A stretch of DNA of 32,820 nt, from assembly GCA_003170115.1 (NCBI GenBank), contig PMZS01000282.1, positions 1 to 32,820 on the forward strand, given 5' to 3'. Every line of letters begins with the position of its first letter. Position 1 is the stretch's first letter. The translations under genes and the position numbers were made by a program. The DNA comes from Spirochaetaceae bacterium. GTDB taxonomy: Bacteria > Spirochaetota > Spirochaetia > SZUA-6 > Fen-1364. This document shows positions 17,441-25,846 of this stretch, in pieces. The notes under the pieces are model-generated. The model saw only the letters and a list, made by a program, of their open reading frames with translations, was not told where the DNA came from and made no database searches.

Positions 17441-18301
17441 CTACAGCTCGACGTCGATCCAGCCCCTGCGGGTGAGCTGGCGCTGGGCACGGTAGCCCGC
17501 GCCGCGCAGGAGCTGGACTGCCTCCGGGAACTTTCCGTCGATCTGCTCGGGACGATGCGCGTCAGCGTTCACCATTACGGGGATGTCCATGCGGCACGCT
17601 TCCCGCAGGATCCAGGGTGACGGGTAGAACGACCCGCTTGTGCCGCGCACCACGCCGCCCGTGTTGATCTCCATCACGCATCCAGATTCCCGCACCGAGT
17701 CCAGCGCGAGCTTTACTGCGGCGCGGTACCATGCGTCGTCCTCGCTGAAGAACTGCCCGTCGCGGTTGTTCTTCTTCACCACGTCGAAATGGGCCACGAT
17801 GTCAGGGGCGGCCGTTTCCGCCATCGAGGCAAGCAGCCGGTAGTAGCGCTCGACCAGTCCCCGCGCGTCCCCGCCAAACCCGTGTTGGACGGCGTCCTCC
17901 ATTTCCTCGAGGGGACCGTCCACGGTCCAGGCGTGGTCGCCATCGGAAGGACCGATGAAGTGCACCGAACCGATGACGAAATCCAGCCCCAGCCCTCTGA
18001 TGTCTCGGTGCACGGGCGAGATCATGCCCGGGATGAAATCCGCCTCAATTCCAAGAAAGACCTCGAGGCGCCCTCGGTAGCGCTCCTTCACTTCCCTGAC
18101 CTCGTGAAGGTAGCTTTCCAGACGTGTGGCGGGCATTGTCCAGTCGGTGGGAAAGGGCACGACGTTGTGCCCGGAAAATCCCAGCCGGGGCATACCCTTC
18201 TTCAGAGCTGCCTCGGCGTACTCTCGCGGCTCCCCGTGGCCGTCGCAGTGATACGTGTGCGTGTGATAGTTGCCGATGCCGGGTTTCATGCCTTCCGCCA
18301 T
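17441..18301 (-). CDS. PHP-family phosphatase, histidinol-phosphatase HisK/HisJ-like
   Basis: NYHTHTYHCDG, GFSGH, IGSVH, AHFDVVKK, MEINTGG and NADAH metal ligands. Start uncertain (ATG at 18307, 18301 or 18289). Confidence 0.85.
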   Translation of the reverse strand: MAEGMKPGIGNYHTHTYHCDGHGEPREYAEAALKKGMPRLGFSGHNVVPFPTDWTMPATRLESYLHEVREVKERYRGRLEVFLGIEADFIPGMISPVHRDIRGLGLDFVIGSVHFIGPSDGDHAWTVDGPLEEMEDAVQHGFGGDARGLVERYYRLLASMAETAAPDIVAHFDVVKKNNRDGQFFSEDDAWYRAAVKLALDSVRESGCVMEINTGGVVRGTSGSFYPSPWILREACRMDIPVMVNADAHRPEQIDGKFPEAVQLLRGAGYRAQRQLTRRGWIDVEL

Positions 18302-18334
18302 GGGCATGAAGATACTCTCTCCCGCCGCCCCGGG

Positions 18335-19621
18335 CTACAGGTCGAGCATCACCGCGCCCGCCGTACGGATGGAGAGGGCATGGCAGGAGGCCGGGCCGAA
18401 CACCACCCGCATGCCGGAGAGGTACTCCGCCAGCATCGTCGCGGGAACGAACGCGAGGATCGTCCCGGCGAAACCGCCGCCGTGCACCCTCCACGCCCCG
18501 TTCTCCCCGAGGAGGATTTCACTCAGGGCAAGGGCGATGGGAACGCCCTGCTGGTCGACGGACTTTGTCGAGTAGCAGTTCTGGAGGAGGGTCCATGAGC
18601 TGCGGCCGCTCTCATTGACGAGCCCGAGGAAATCCGCAAACCTGCCCTCTTCCAGCGCCTGGACCTGCCGGTCCACGCGTATGTCGTCGGCGTAGAAATG
18701 CAGGGCCCGGAGGATCGCGCGATCGCTTACCTTTCCGCGCAGAAGGGGCAGCGCGGCCAGGACGCGCTGCCGGGAGACGTCCCGCAGGACGCTTCCTCCG
18801 AAGTATCCCGACACGTCTTTCATTTCCTGCTTCACCGCGGCGTACTCGTCGGTGAGATCGGCATGGCTGCCTCCCGTATCGACAATGACCGGCACGTACC
18901 CGCTTCCACTGAAGTCCGAGCGTACGGCCCTCACCCGGGGATGGGAAAAATCCTGAAAGTCGATGGTCACGAACCCGCCCAGCGCGCAGGTGGTCTGGTC
19001 CATGAGCCCGCATGGCTTGCCGAAGTATTCGTTTTCCGAAAACTGGGCGATGAGCGCAATCTCGACGCCGCCGATCCCGCCTCCGTTGGCGAAGTGGTTG
19101 AGGATCGTCGCAACGAGCACCTCGTACGAAGCCGACGAGCTGAGGCCCGAGCCTTTCAGGACGTCACTGGTCACGCATGCGCAGAATCCTCCGACCGAGT
19201 GACCGGTGTCCCGCGTCCTGGCCGCCACGCCCCTCGTGAGAGCCGCCGCGGTGCCGAGCTCCGAAACCTTGCGCGCCAGGTCGTCGATGCGGATCTGATG
19301 GCGCGGGTATCCTTCGCTTTCGATTGTGATGCGGCCATCCGAGGTCGGCGCGGCGACGGCGATTGCATCCAGATCCACCGCCGCGGCGAGCACCCGGCCG
19401 CCATTGTGATCGGTGTGGTTGCCGCAGATCTCCGTACGGCCGGGCGTGCTGAAAAGGCGGGTACCCTCCACGTGTGGGAAGGAATCCTCGAATCGTTCAA
19501 GAAGCCCTCGATACCGGGCTTTCTGTCGATCAGCCGCTCCCGGCCTTGCCCCGTACAATGATTCGAGCACTTCCGCTGCTTTCCCGCCTTCAAGCGAATT
19601 CCCCAGCGTTCCGGCATTCAT
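18335..19621 (-). CDS. galK: Galactokinase-family GHMP kinase
   Basis: PGRTEICGNHTDH, GSGLSSSAS ATP loop, GKPCGLMDQ, RVHGGGFAG. Start set at ATG 19621; the track's longer ORF runs antisense to the neighbouring gene. Confidence 0.82.
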   Translation of the reverse strand: MNAGTLGNSLEGGKAAEVLESLYGARPGAADRQKARYRGLLERFEDSFPHVEGTRLFSTPGRTEICGNHTDHNGGRVLAAAVDLDAIAVAAPTSDGRITIESEGYPRHQIRIDDLARKVSELGTAAALTRGVAARTRDTGHSVGGFCACVTSDVLKGSGLSSSASYEVLVATILNHFANGGGIGGVEIALIAQFSENEYFGKPCGLMDQTTCALGGFVTIDFQDFSHPRVRAVRSDFSGSGYVPVIVDTGGSHADLTDEYAAVKQEMKDVSGYFGGSVLRDVSRQRVLAALPLLRGKVSDRAILRALHFYADDIRVDRQVQALEEGRFADFLGLVNESGRSSWTLLQNCYSTKSVDQQGVPIALALSEILLGENGAWRVHGGGFAGTILAFVPATMLAEYLSGMRVVFGPASCHALSIRTAGAVMLDL

Positions 19622-19774
19622 GGACGAAGTGAAACACGCCGGCGGGCACAGGGTCCACCCTCCCGGGGCTGCAATCCCGCGGCGGGGGCCTGGCTGGATG
19701 TGGCCGTCGGGGGTTTCCGGCCGTACCTTATCTTCATGGCCGCGTCCCCAGGGGATGCGGAAAGGAGGTATCGC

Positions 19775-20389
19775 ATGAGCATGAGTCGTGGGAAGGGCCG
19801 TGCGGCCCTTCTGATTTCGATCATACTTCTTCTCGGAGCGGCTGCCATGGGCGGATTCGCGCAGGCAGCGGCCACTTCCCCGGTGAGCGGCACAATCGTG
19901 TCGATCAACGGGACAAATGTCATGCTCGCCCTTGCCGACAAGACGCAGAAGACCGTCGCGCTCCAGGCGAGCACCCTCGTCCTCGAGCGGGACGCGGCGG
20001 AATTGAATCAGATCCAGACCGGCGACGCGTTGGCCGTGACGTCGCGCCGATCCGGAATGGATCTGATTGCGACCAACATCAACATCTTTTCCAGGGAGAT
20101 GTGGAACGTGGTGCGCAAGGGCCAATGGCCGATGGCCACCGGAGAGATGATGACCAACGCGATGGTGAGCGAGTATGCGCAGGGCATGAGCGGGCACACG
20201 CTTACCATGAAGTACGCCGACGGAACATCCACTATCACGGTGCCGGACGGGATCCCGATCCACCGCCTTGTGAGCATGCGGCCTGCTGATCTCACGGCGG
20301 GCATGCAGATCGTGGTGCGCGGCACCGCCGGTTCGGACGGCATCCTGAAAGCGGCGTCCATCAGCTTCGACGGACCCGCGAAGAGCTAG
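19775..20389 (+). CDS. Exported protein with two OB-fold-like (DUF5666-like) repeats
   Basis: AGGAGGT RBS and signal peptide. Two similar repeats (GTIVSINGTNVML...IQTGDALAV...LIATNINI; GHTLTMKY...LTAGMQIVVRG...LKAASISF). Confidence 0.75.
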   Translation: MSMSRGKGRAALLISIILLLGAAAMGGFAQAAATSPVSGTIVSINGTNVMLALADKTQKTVALQASTLVLERDAAELNQIQTGDALAVTSRRSGMDLIATNINIFSREMWNVVRKGQWPMATGEMMTNAMVSEYAQGMSGHTLTMKYADGTSTITVPDGIPIHRLVSMRPADLTAGMQIVVRGTAGSDGILKAASISFDGPAKS

Positions 20390-23076
20390 CCCACACCGGG
20401 CCTCTTCGCGAATCCCCTGAGCACCGTGGGCAGTATTCCGCCGTTGCGGTAGTACTCGAGCTCCACGGCGGTGTCGATGCGCGCGAGAACAGAGAAGGTC
20501 TTCTGCCTCCCCGACGAATCTCGCGCGACGATACCGATGTCCTGGCCGTGCTTCTCCGCCGCATCGATCTCGTAGATCTCTTCTCCCGTCAACCCGAGGC
20601 TTTCCGCGCTCTCCCCCTTGCGGAACTGCAGAGGAAGAACCCCCATGCCGACGAGGTTCGAGCGGTGAATCCGCTCGTAGCTCTCCGCGATCACCGCACG
20701 CACACCGAGCAGGATGGTGCCCTTTGCGGCCCAGTCACGCGAGCTCCCCGAGCCGTACTCCCTGCCCGCGATCACCAGGAGGGGGACCTTGTCCGCCGCG
20801 TACTTCTTCGCCGCATCATAGATGGCGAGCTGCTCTCCCGATGGGAGATGACGGGTGTACCCGCCCTCGACCCCCGGCACGAGCTTGTTTCGGATGCGGA
20901 TGTTGGCGAACGTCCCGCGGATCATCACCTCGTGATTGCCCCGGCGCGATCCGTAGGTGTTGAAATCATCCTTCTTGACGCCATGCTCCACCAGCCATCG
21001 CCCTGCCGGGCTTCTCTCGGGAATGTTCCCCGCGGGAGAGATATGATCGGTGGTGACCGAATCCCCGAGGCAGGCCAGAACGCGCGCGCCGCTGATGCGT
21101 GGAACCGCGGGGGGCGTGGCGGAAATTCCCTCGAAGAACGTCGGCTGTCGAATGTATGTCGATTCGCGGTCCCAGTTGTAGCGACGGTCCTGCGGAGTCC
21201 GCACGCTCTGCCATGCTTCGTCACCGGTGAAAACGCTCGAATAGACGGTGCGGAACATCTCCGGGGTGAGGTTTTTCAGGAGCGCGGCATCGATTTCGGC
21301 GAGGGTGGGCCAGATCTCCCGCAGATAGACGGGATTATCGCTCCTGTCCCGACCGACGGGCTCAGTCGTCAGGTCGATCTCCATGGTGCCCGCCAATGCG
21401 TAGGCGACAACCAGTGGCGGGGAGGCGAGGTAGTTCGCTTTCACCTCGGGGTGGATCCTGCCCTCGAAGTTCCTGTTGCCCGAGAGCACGGAGACGACCG
21501 TCAGGTCCCGCTCCCTGATTGCGGCACTGATCACGGGCTGCAGGGGTCCTGAGTTGCCGATGCATGTCGTGCACCCGTAGCCTACGAGGTGGAAGCCCAG
21601 CGCTTCGAGGTAGGGGCTGAGACCGGCCTGATCGAGGTATTGCGTGACAACCTTTGATCCCGGTGCGAAGCTCGTCTTCACGGAGCCGGGGACCCGCAGC
21701 CCCAGCTGTACCGCCTTGCGCGCCAGGAGTCCCGCGGCGATCATCACGGCGGGGTTCGACGTGTTCGTGCAGCTGGTGATCGCCGCGATCACCACCGCGC
21801 CGTCGCGCAGCGTTTCCCGGGAGCCCGCCACTTTCACCTCGACCTCGCGAACGGGCGAGTCCTGCGTGGTCGCCGCGAGGCGCCAGGAGCCTTTCGCGAG
21901 GGACAGAGCAATCCTGTCCTGCGGCCTCTTCGGACCGGCGATGGATGATTCGACGCTTGCCAGGTCGAGCTCGAGGACGGTGGAGTATTCCGGCTGCGGT
22001 GCATCGGCGCTTCGGAAGAGCCCCTGCTCCCGGCAGTAGCGCTCCACCAGATCCAACAGGTCGGCGCTCCTGCCGGTGAAACGCAGGTACTCCAGCGTCT
22101 TCTCATCCACGGGAAAAAAGCCGGCGGTCGCCCCGTATTCCGGAGACATGTTGCTGATGGTTGCCCTGTCCGCCACGCTGAGGGAGGCGAGCCCCGGGCC
22201 GAAGAACTCGACGATCTTGTCCACGACGCCGAACTTCCGCAGGGATTGCGTGACCGTGAGCACGAGGTCCGTGGCGGTCACGCCTTCGCGGAGGCTGCCG
22301 GAAAGGCGCATCCCCACGACCTCGGGTATGAGCATGTACAGGGGCTGCCCGAGCAGGGCGGCCTCTGCTTCGATCCCCCCGACTCCCCAGCCCAGGACGC
22401 CGATCCCATTGATCATGGGAGTGTGTGAGTCGGTGCCCACGAGCGTGTCGGGGAATGCGAAGGGTACTTTTTCTCCCTCAACCTTCCTGGCCTGGATGAC
22501 GGTTGCCAGGTATTCGAGGTTCACCTGGTGCACGATGCCCGTGGCGGGCGGCACGACCCGGAAATCGGCAAACGTCCCCGCCCCCCAGCGGAGGAATTCG
22601 TAGCGCTCCCGGTTGCGTTTGAACTCGAGCGAGGCGTTGCCCGCGAGTGCGCGGGATGAGGCGTAGAGGTCCACCTGGACGGAATGGTCGATGACAAGGT
22701 CCACCGGAATCATTGGATTGATCCGCTGCGGGTCACCCCCGAGCGCGGCCATCGCGTCTCGCATGGCCGCAAGGTCAACGATCGCGGGGACGCCGGTAAA
22801 ATCCTGCATGATGACGCGCGCCGGCTTGAAAGGGAATTCCCGGCTCTTCGATTCATGCTCCTGCCAGGCGCACAGGGACCGCACGTCATCCTCCTTCACG
22901 TCGAAGCCGTTCACCTGGCGGAGAACGGACTCAAGGAGGATCTTGAGGGAGATCGGCATCCGGGAAATCATCCCCAGCCCCTGAGCTTCGAGCTTCTGGA
23001 GGCTGAAAAATTCGAAGCGTCCCTGCGCGGTTTTCAGTGTGCTCCGCGTGCCAAAAGGAACATGCGAATGTGACAT
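20386..23076 (-). CDS. acnA: Aconitate hydratase A
   Basis: QDFTGVP, VIDHSVQVD, GTDSHT, [4Fe-4S] Cys in AITSCTNTSNP and GYGCTTCIGNSG, YGSGSSRDWAAKG. GAGGAG RBS before ATG 23076. Confidence 0.97.
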   Translation of the reverse strand: MSHSHVPFGTRSTLKTAQGRFEFFSLQKLEAQGLGMISRMPISLKILLESVLRQVNGFDVKEDDVRSLCAWQEHESKSREFPFKPARVIMQDFTGVPAIVDLAAMRDAMAALGGDPQRINPMIPVDLVIDHSVQVDLYASSRALAGNASLEFKRNRERYEFLRWGAGTFADFRVVPPATGIVHQVNLEYLATVIQARKVEGEKVPFAFPDTLVGTDSHTPMINGIGVLGWGVGGIEAEAALLGQPLYMLIPEVVGMRLSGSLREGVTATDLVLTVTQSLRKFGVVDKIVEFFGPGLASLSVADRATISNMSPEYGATAGFFPVDEKTLEYLRFTGRSADLLDLVERYCREQGLFRSADAPQPEYSTVLELDLASVESSIAGPKRPQDRIALSLAKGSWRLAATTQDSPVREVEVKVAGSRETLRDGAVVIAAITSCTNTSNPAVMIAAGLLARKAVQLGLRVPGSVKTSFAPGSKVVTQYLDQAGLSPYLEALGFHLVGYGCTTCIGNSGPLQPVISAAIRERDLTVVSVLSGNRNFEGRIHPEVKANYLASPPLVVAYALAGTMEIDLTTEPVGRDRSDNPVYLREIWPTLAEIDAALLKNLTPEMFRTVYSSVFTGDEAWQSVRTPQDRRYNWDRESTYIRQPTFFEGISATPPAVPRISGARVLACLGDSVTTDHISPAGNIPERSPAGRWLVEHGVKKDDFNTYGSRRGNHEVMIRGTFANIRIRNKLVPGVEGGYTRHLPSGEQLAIYDAAKKYAADKVPLLVIAGREYGSGSSRDWAAKGTILLGVRAVIAESYERIHRSNLVGMGVLPLQFRKGESAESLGLTGEEIYEIDAAEKHGQDIGIVARDSSGRQKTFSVLARIDTAVELEYYRNGGILPTVLRGFAKRPGVG

Positions 23077-23162
23077 GTCTTTCTCCTCGGGATGAATATA
23101 CATGAGGCAGGGACGCGAATGCCACCTCCGCCGCGGTTCCCCGCGGCTGCGGTGGCCGCCCA

Positions 23163-23191
23163 TTGCCAATACGGGCCAATTGCTCTATCAT
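23163..23191 (+). promoter_or_regulatory. sigma70-type promoter for the DUF151 gene
   Basis: TTGCCA, 17-nt spacer, TATCAT, 20 nt upstream of ATG 23212. Confidence 0.6.
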
Positions 23192-23211
23192 TGAAGCCGA
23201 GAGTATTGAAG

Positions 23212-23823
23212 ATGCTGGTCCCCGCCGAGGTCTGGACAGTGGCAAAAGCCGAACAGGGCAACGCAGTTCTCGTCCGGCCGCTCGGCCTGGATGTGGCGGT
23301 TCCCATATTCATCGCTCCGCTGGAGGCGCAATCTATCCTGATCGGCCTGGGCAGCGTGAAGATGCCCCGCCCGCTCACCCACGACCTTTTCATCTCCGTC
23401 CTGGAAAGTCTCGAGTCTTCCGTGAATCGCGTGGAGATCACCTCCCTCAAGGACAGCACGTACTACGCAAAGCTCATCCTGGAGTCGGCAGGTTCGGAGA
23501 TCGCCGTGGATGCGCGTCCGTCAGATTGCCTTGCGCTCGCGGTCCGGGTGAAATGTCCGATCTACATCGACGAGGCCGTCGTGGACGAAGCGGGGATCTC
23601 GGTGAAGATGGTGGAGGAAAAGAACAGGGAGCTGAAGCAGTCCGATGTCGCCCACCAGGTCGTGGAAGAGAGTGGGACTCCGCAGATGTCCGATACCCCG
23701 ACACTTCCCTCGGAATCCGAGATGGGCAATCTCAAAAAGCTCCTGGACAGCGCGATAGAGGAAGAGAACTACGAGGAAGCGGCGCGGATCCGGGACAGGA
23801 TCAGGGATCTGGAAAACACCTGA
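23212..23823 (+). CDS. Bifunctional nuclease (DUF151/DNase-RNase) family protein with C-terminal UVR motif
   Basis: VPIFIAPLEA, PRPLTHDL, DARPSDCLALAVR; C-terminal UVR motif LDSAIEEENYEEAARIRDRI. Confidence 0.9.
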   Translation: MLVPAEVWTVAKAEQGNAVLVRPLGLDVAVPIFIAPLEAQSILIGLGSVKMPRPLTHDLFISVLESLESSVNRVEITSLKDSTYYAKLILESAGSEIAVDARPSDCLALAVRVKCPIYIDEAVVDEAGISVKMVEEKNRELKQSDVAHQVVEESGTPQMSDTPTLPSESEMGNLKKLLDSAIEEENYEEAARIRDRIRDLENT

Positions 23824-23858
23824 CCTTTGCCGGGCTCCCGCGACGGAGGCCGGGGCGT

Positions 23859-24557
23859 CTATTCGGGACCGATAGTGGTTCCCACGAAATCCCTTCCGGC
23901 GAGGATCCCTGAAAGATTTTCCAGGTTTCTGCCCTCGGCGAATATCACCCTGATGTGGGACTCCGCGGCGGCACGGGCCGCCGTGGGATCAAACGGCGTG
24001 TTCTTCCCCGGGCTCCACTCGTCTCCGACAATCGCGATCATCTCCTTCCACGTCAGCCGGTCGACCGGCTTCGCCGCGGGGTTTTTCTTCGGATCGTCCG
24101 AATACACCTTGGCAATGTTGGAGAGGTTGATCACGGTCCCGGCCGAGAAACGCCGGGCGAGGACGACGGCGTCGTTGTCCGTGGAGAAACCGGGCTTCCA
24201 GCCCGCCGCCACCAGGATCCGGCCGGCGAATACCGACACCGCCGAGGGGTCGGTGACGAGGTCCTCCACGCACCACGGGCGCAGCATGCGCCGCAGGAGC
24301 TCGCCGTTCACCCGCGTCGCGGCCACGCCCACCCAGTCCAGGTCGTCGCTCCGCGCCTCGGGGATGACCTCGCGCAACGCGGCCTGATAGTCCCGCGCGA
24401 GGCCGCCGCCGCCGCACACGATGATGAGCTTCGCGCGCGAGTCCGCTGCCAGTCTTTCTTCGACGAGGCGGAAGAAACCCTTCAGGAAGGCGGTGTCGAC
24501 CCCCCGGGGCGCGATGATCGAGCCGCCGAGAGAGATCACGGTCACAGAATCGGGCAT
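23859..24557 (-). CDS. pyrH: UMP kinase, archaeal/spirochaete type
   Basis: VISLGGS, IVCGGGGLAR, DWVGVAATRVN, GWKPGFSTD, VYSDDPKKNP, PFDPTA. Start at ATG 24557. Confidence 0.9.
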   Translation of the reverse strand: MPDSVTVISLGGSIIAPRGVDTAFLKGFFRLVEERLAADSRAKLIIVCGGGGLARDYQAALREVIPEARSDDLDWVGVAATRVNGELLRRMLRPWCVEDLVTDPSAVSVFAGRILVAAGWKPGFSTDNDAVVLARRFSAGTVINLSNIAKVYSDDPKKNPAAKPVDRLTWKEMIAIVGDEWSPGKNTPFDPTAARAAAESHIRVIFAEGRNLENLSGILAGRDFVGTTIGPE

Positions 24558-24563
24558 GTTTCC

Positions 24564-24569
24564 ACTATA
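24564..24569 (-). promoter_or_regulatory. -10 box of a probable leaderless pyrH transcript
   Basis: TATAGT on the minus strand, 6 nt before the ATG; no convincing SD. Confidence 0.5.
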
Positions 24570-24621
24570 AAATATTTTCACCACGCGCGCCATCCCGGGA
24601 AACCGCGACTGCGCTCACGGC

Positions 24622-24650
24622 TTGCAAAACATCACGCCTCGGTCTATATG
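24622..24650 (+). promoter_or_regulatory. Probable promoter of the serA-like gene (leaderless geometry)
   Basis: TTGCAA, 17-nt spacer, TATATG, then 6 nt to ATG 24657. Confidence 0.45.
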
Positions 24651-24656
24651 TGGTCC

Positions 24657-25613
24657 ATGGGTAAGAGAAAGGTTTTCATCGCTGATACGCTGGCAACTGA
24701 AGGGATCGAGGAGTTCGCGTCGTTCCCCGATCTGGAGCTCGTCGTGAAGACAGGGCTGTCCCCGGAGAAGCTCATCTCCGAGCTGGGGGACGCTGTCGGC
24801 CTGGTCGTGCGCTCTGCCACACAGGCCACGCGGGAGGTCATTGCGTCGGGCACCGCGCTGAAGGTGATCGGGCGCGCCGGGGCAGGCGTGGACAACATCG
24901 ATGTGAAGGCGGCTTCAGAACGCGGCATCGTGGTCCTCAACACCCCGGGGGCAAACGCGGAAGGAGCGGGGGAGCTCGCCGTGGCAATGATGTTCGCCCT
25001 CGCGCGGGACCTTGCGCGCGCGGATGCGACGATGAAAGCCGGAAAGTGGGACAAGAAGAGCTTCACCGGCTGCGAGCTTCGCGGAAAGACCCTCGGCCTT
25101 GTCGGAATAGGCAATGTGGGCAGCGTCGTGGCCCGGTGCGCGGTGGGGATCGGCATGAAGGTCATCGCCTGCGATCCGTTCGTCGCCCCGGAAAAAGCCG
25201 CGGCCCTCGGACTGCGCCTTACGGATTTCGAGGAGGTCATCCGGACCTCGGATTTCGTCTCCCTGCATTCACCCCGGACGGAGCAGACAAAGGGGCTTTT
25301 CAACGCCCCGACCTTCGCGAAGATGAAGAAGGGCGTGTTCCTCGTGAACTGCGCGCGCGGGGGCATCGTGGTGGAGAAGGACCTCATTGCCGCCCTGGAC
25401 AACGGCATCGTGCGCGGCGCGGGAGTCGATGTGTTCGACAAGGAGCCGCCGGAGGATTGGGCGCTCGCGAAGCACGCCCGTGTCATCGCCTCTCCGCACA
25501 TCGGGGCTGCAACGGCCGAGGCGCAGGTCAACGTGTCGGTCATGATCGCGCGCCAGATCGGCGCGTACCTCACCCGGGGCGAGATTGTCAACGCGGTCAA
25601 GGCAGGCGCCTGA
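24657..25613 (+). CDS. serA: D-3-phosphoglycerate dehydrogenase-like D-2-hydroxyacid dehydrogenase, short form without ACT domain
   Basis: VVRSAT, IGRAGAGVDNID, GLVGIGNVG NAD motif, VNCARGG, DVFDKEP, catalytic SPHIGAATAEAQ; 318 aa. Confidence 0.8.
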   Translation: MGKRKVFIADTLATEGIEEFASFPDLELVVKTGLSPEKLISELGDAVGLVVRSATQATREVIASGTALKVIGRAGAGVDNIDVKAASERGIVVLNTPGANAEGAGELAVAMMFALARDLARADATMKAGKWDKKSFTGCELRGKTLGLVGIGNVGSVVARCAVGIGMKVIACDPFVAPEKAAALGLRLTDFEEVIRTSDFVSLHSPRTEQTKGLFNAPTFAKMKKGVFLVNCARGGIVVEKDLIAALDNGIVRGAGVDVFDKEPPEDWALAKHARVIASPHIGAATAEAQVNVSVMIARQIGAYLTRGEIVNAVKAGA

Positions 25614-25641
25614 GGAGGGCCGCCGAACGGCCGCGTGACCC

Positions 25642-25650
25642 GGGCGCGGC
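25642..25650 (+). repeat. Left copy of 9-bp direct repeat (putative target-site duplication)
   Basis: GGGCGCGGC, identical to 25831-25839. Confidence 0.7.
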
Positions 25651-25830
25651 GGGTGCGAATTTATTTTGTTGGTAGTGCGCTTGACCGCAGGAAGGCGCCG
25701 GCTCATATTTCCACGCAAAAGCGCGAAGAATGCCAGGCCCAGCGCCGTTTTCCGTCGAAGGATGCCATATCTCGAATGTCAGGCCGGCGCCTTCCTGCGC
25801 TGTGCCTACCAACATTTTGAAAGTGCTCCC
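25651..25830. mobile_element. 180-bp non-autonomous IS derivative (MITE-like)
   Basis: In-register imperfect terminal IRs starting GGG (17/25 identical, including TGTTGGTAG). Perfect 17-bp subterminal IR (25686-25702 / 25783-25799). Flanked by 9-bp direct repeats; no transposase. Confidence 0.7.
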
Positions 25831-25839
25831 GGGCGCGGC
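25831..25839 (+). repeat. Right copy of 9-bp direct repeat (putative target-site duplication)
   Basis: GGGCGCGGC, identical to 25642-25650. Confidence 0.7.
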
Positions 25840-25846
25840 CCCGTTC

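Noticed and set aside
18316-18330. 15-nt identity (GGGCGGCGGGAGAGA) upstream of the PHP gene (minus strand) and the cupin gene (26717-26731)
   Set aside because: A single GC-rich 15-mer match is plausible by chance in 33 kb and partly reflects SD-like sequence. It also occupies different positions relative to the predicted promoters.
19622-20263. Apparent 642-aa galactokinase fusion
   Set aside because: The extra 214 aa cover the intergenic spacer and the antisense strand of the exported-protein gene. Similar over-extensions were trimmed for acnA, DUF151, serA and rimO.
25651-25830. 6S RNA or another rod-shaped ncRNA (180 nt, long self-complementarity, next to serA)
   Set aside because: The exact 9-bp flanking duplication, the in-register GGG...CCC termini and the perfect DNA-level 17-bp IR fit a MITE better. 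Not fully excluded without an Rfam search.
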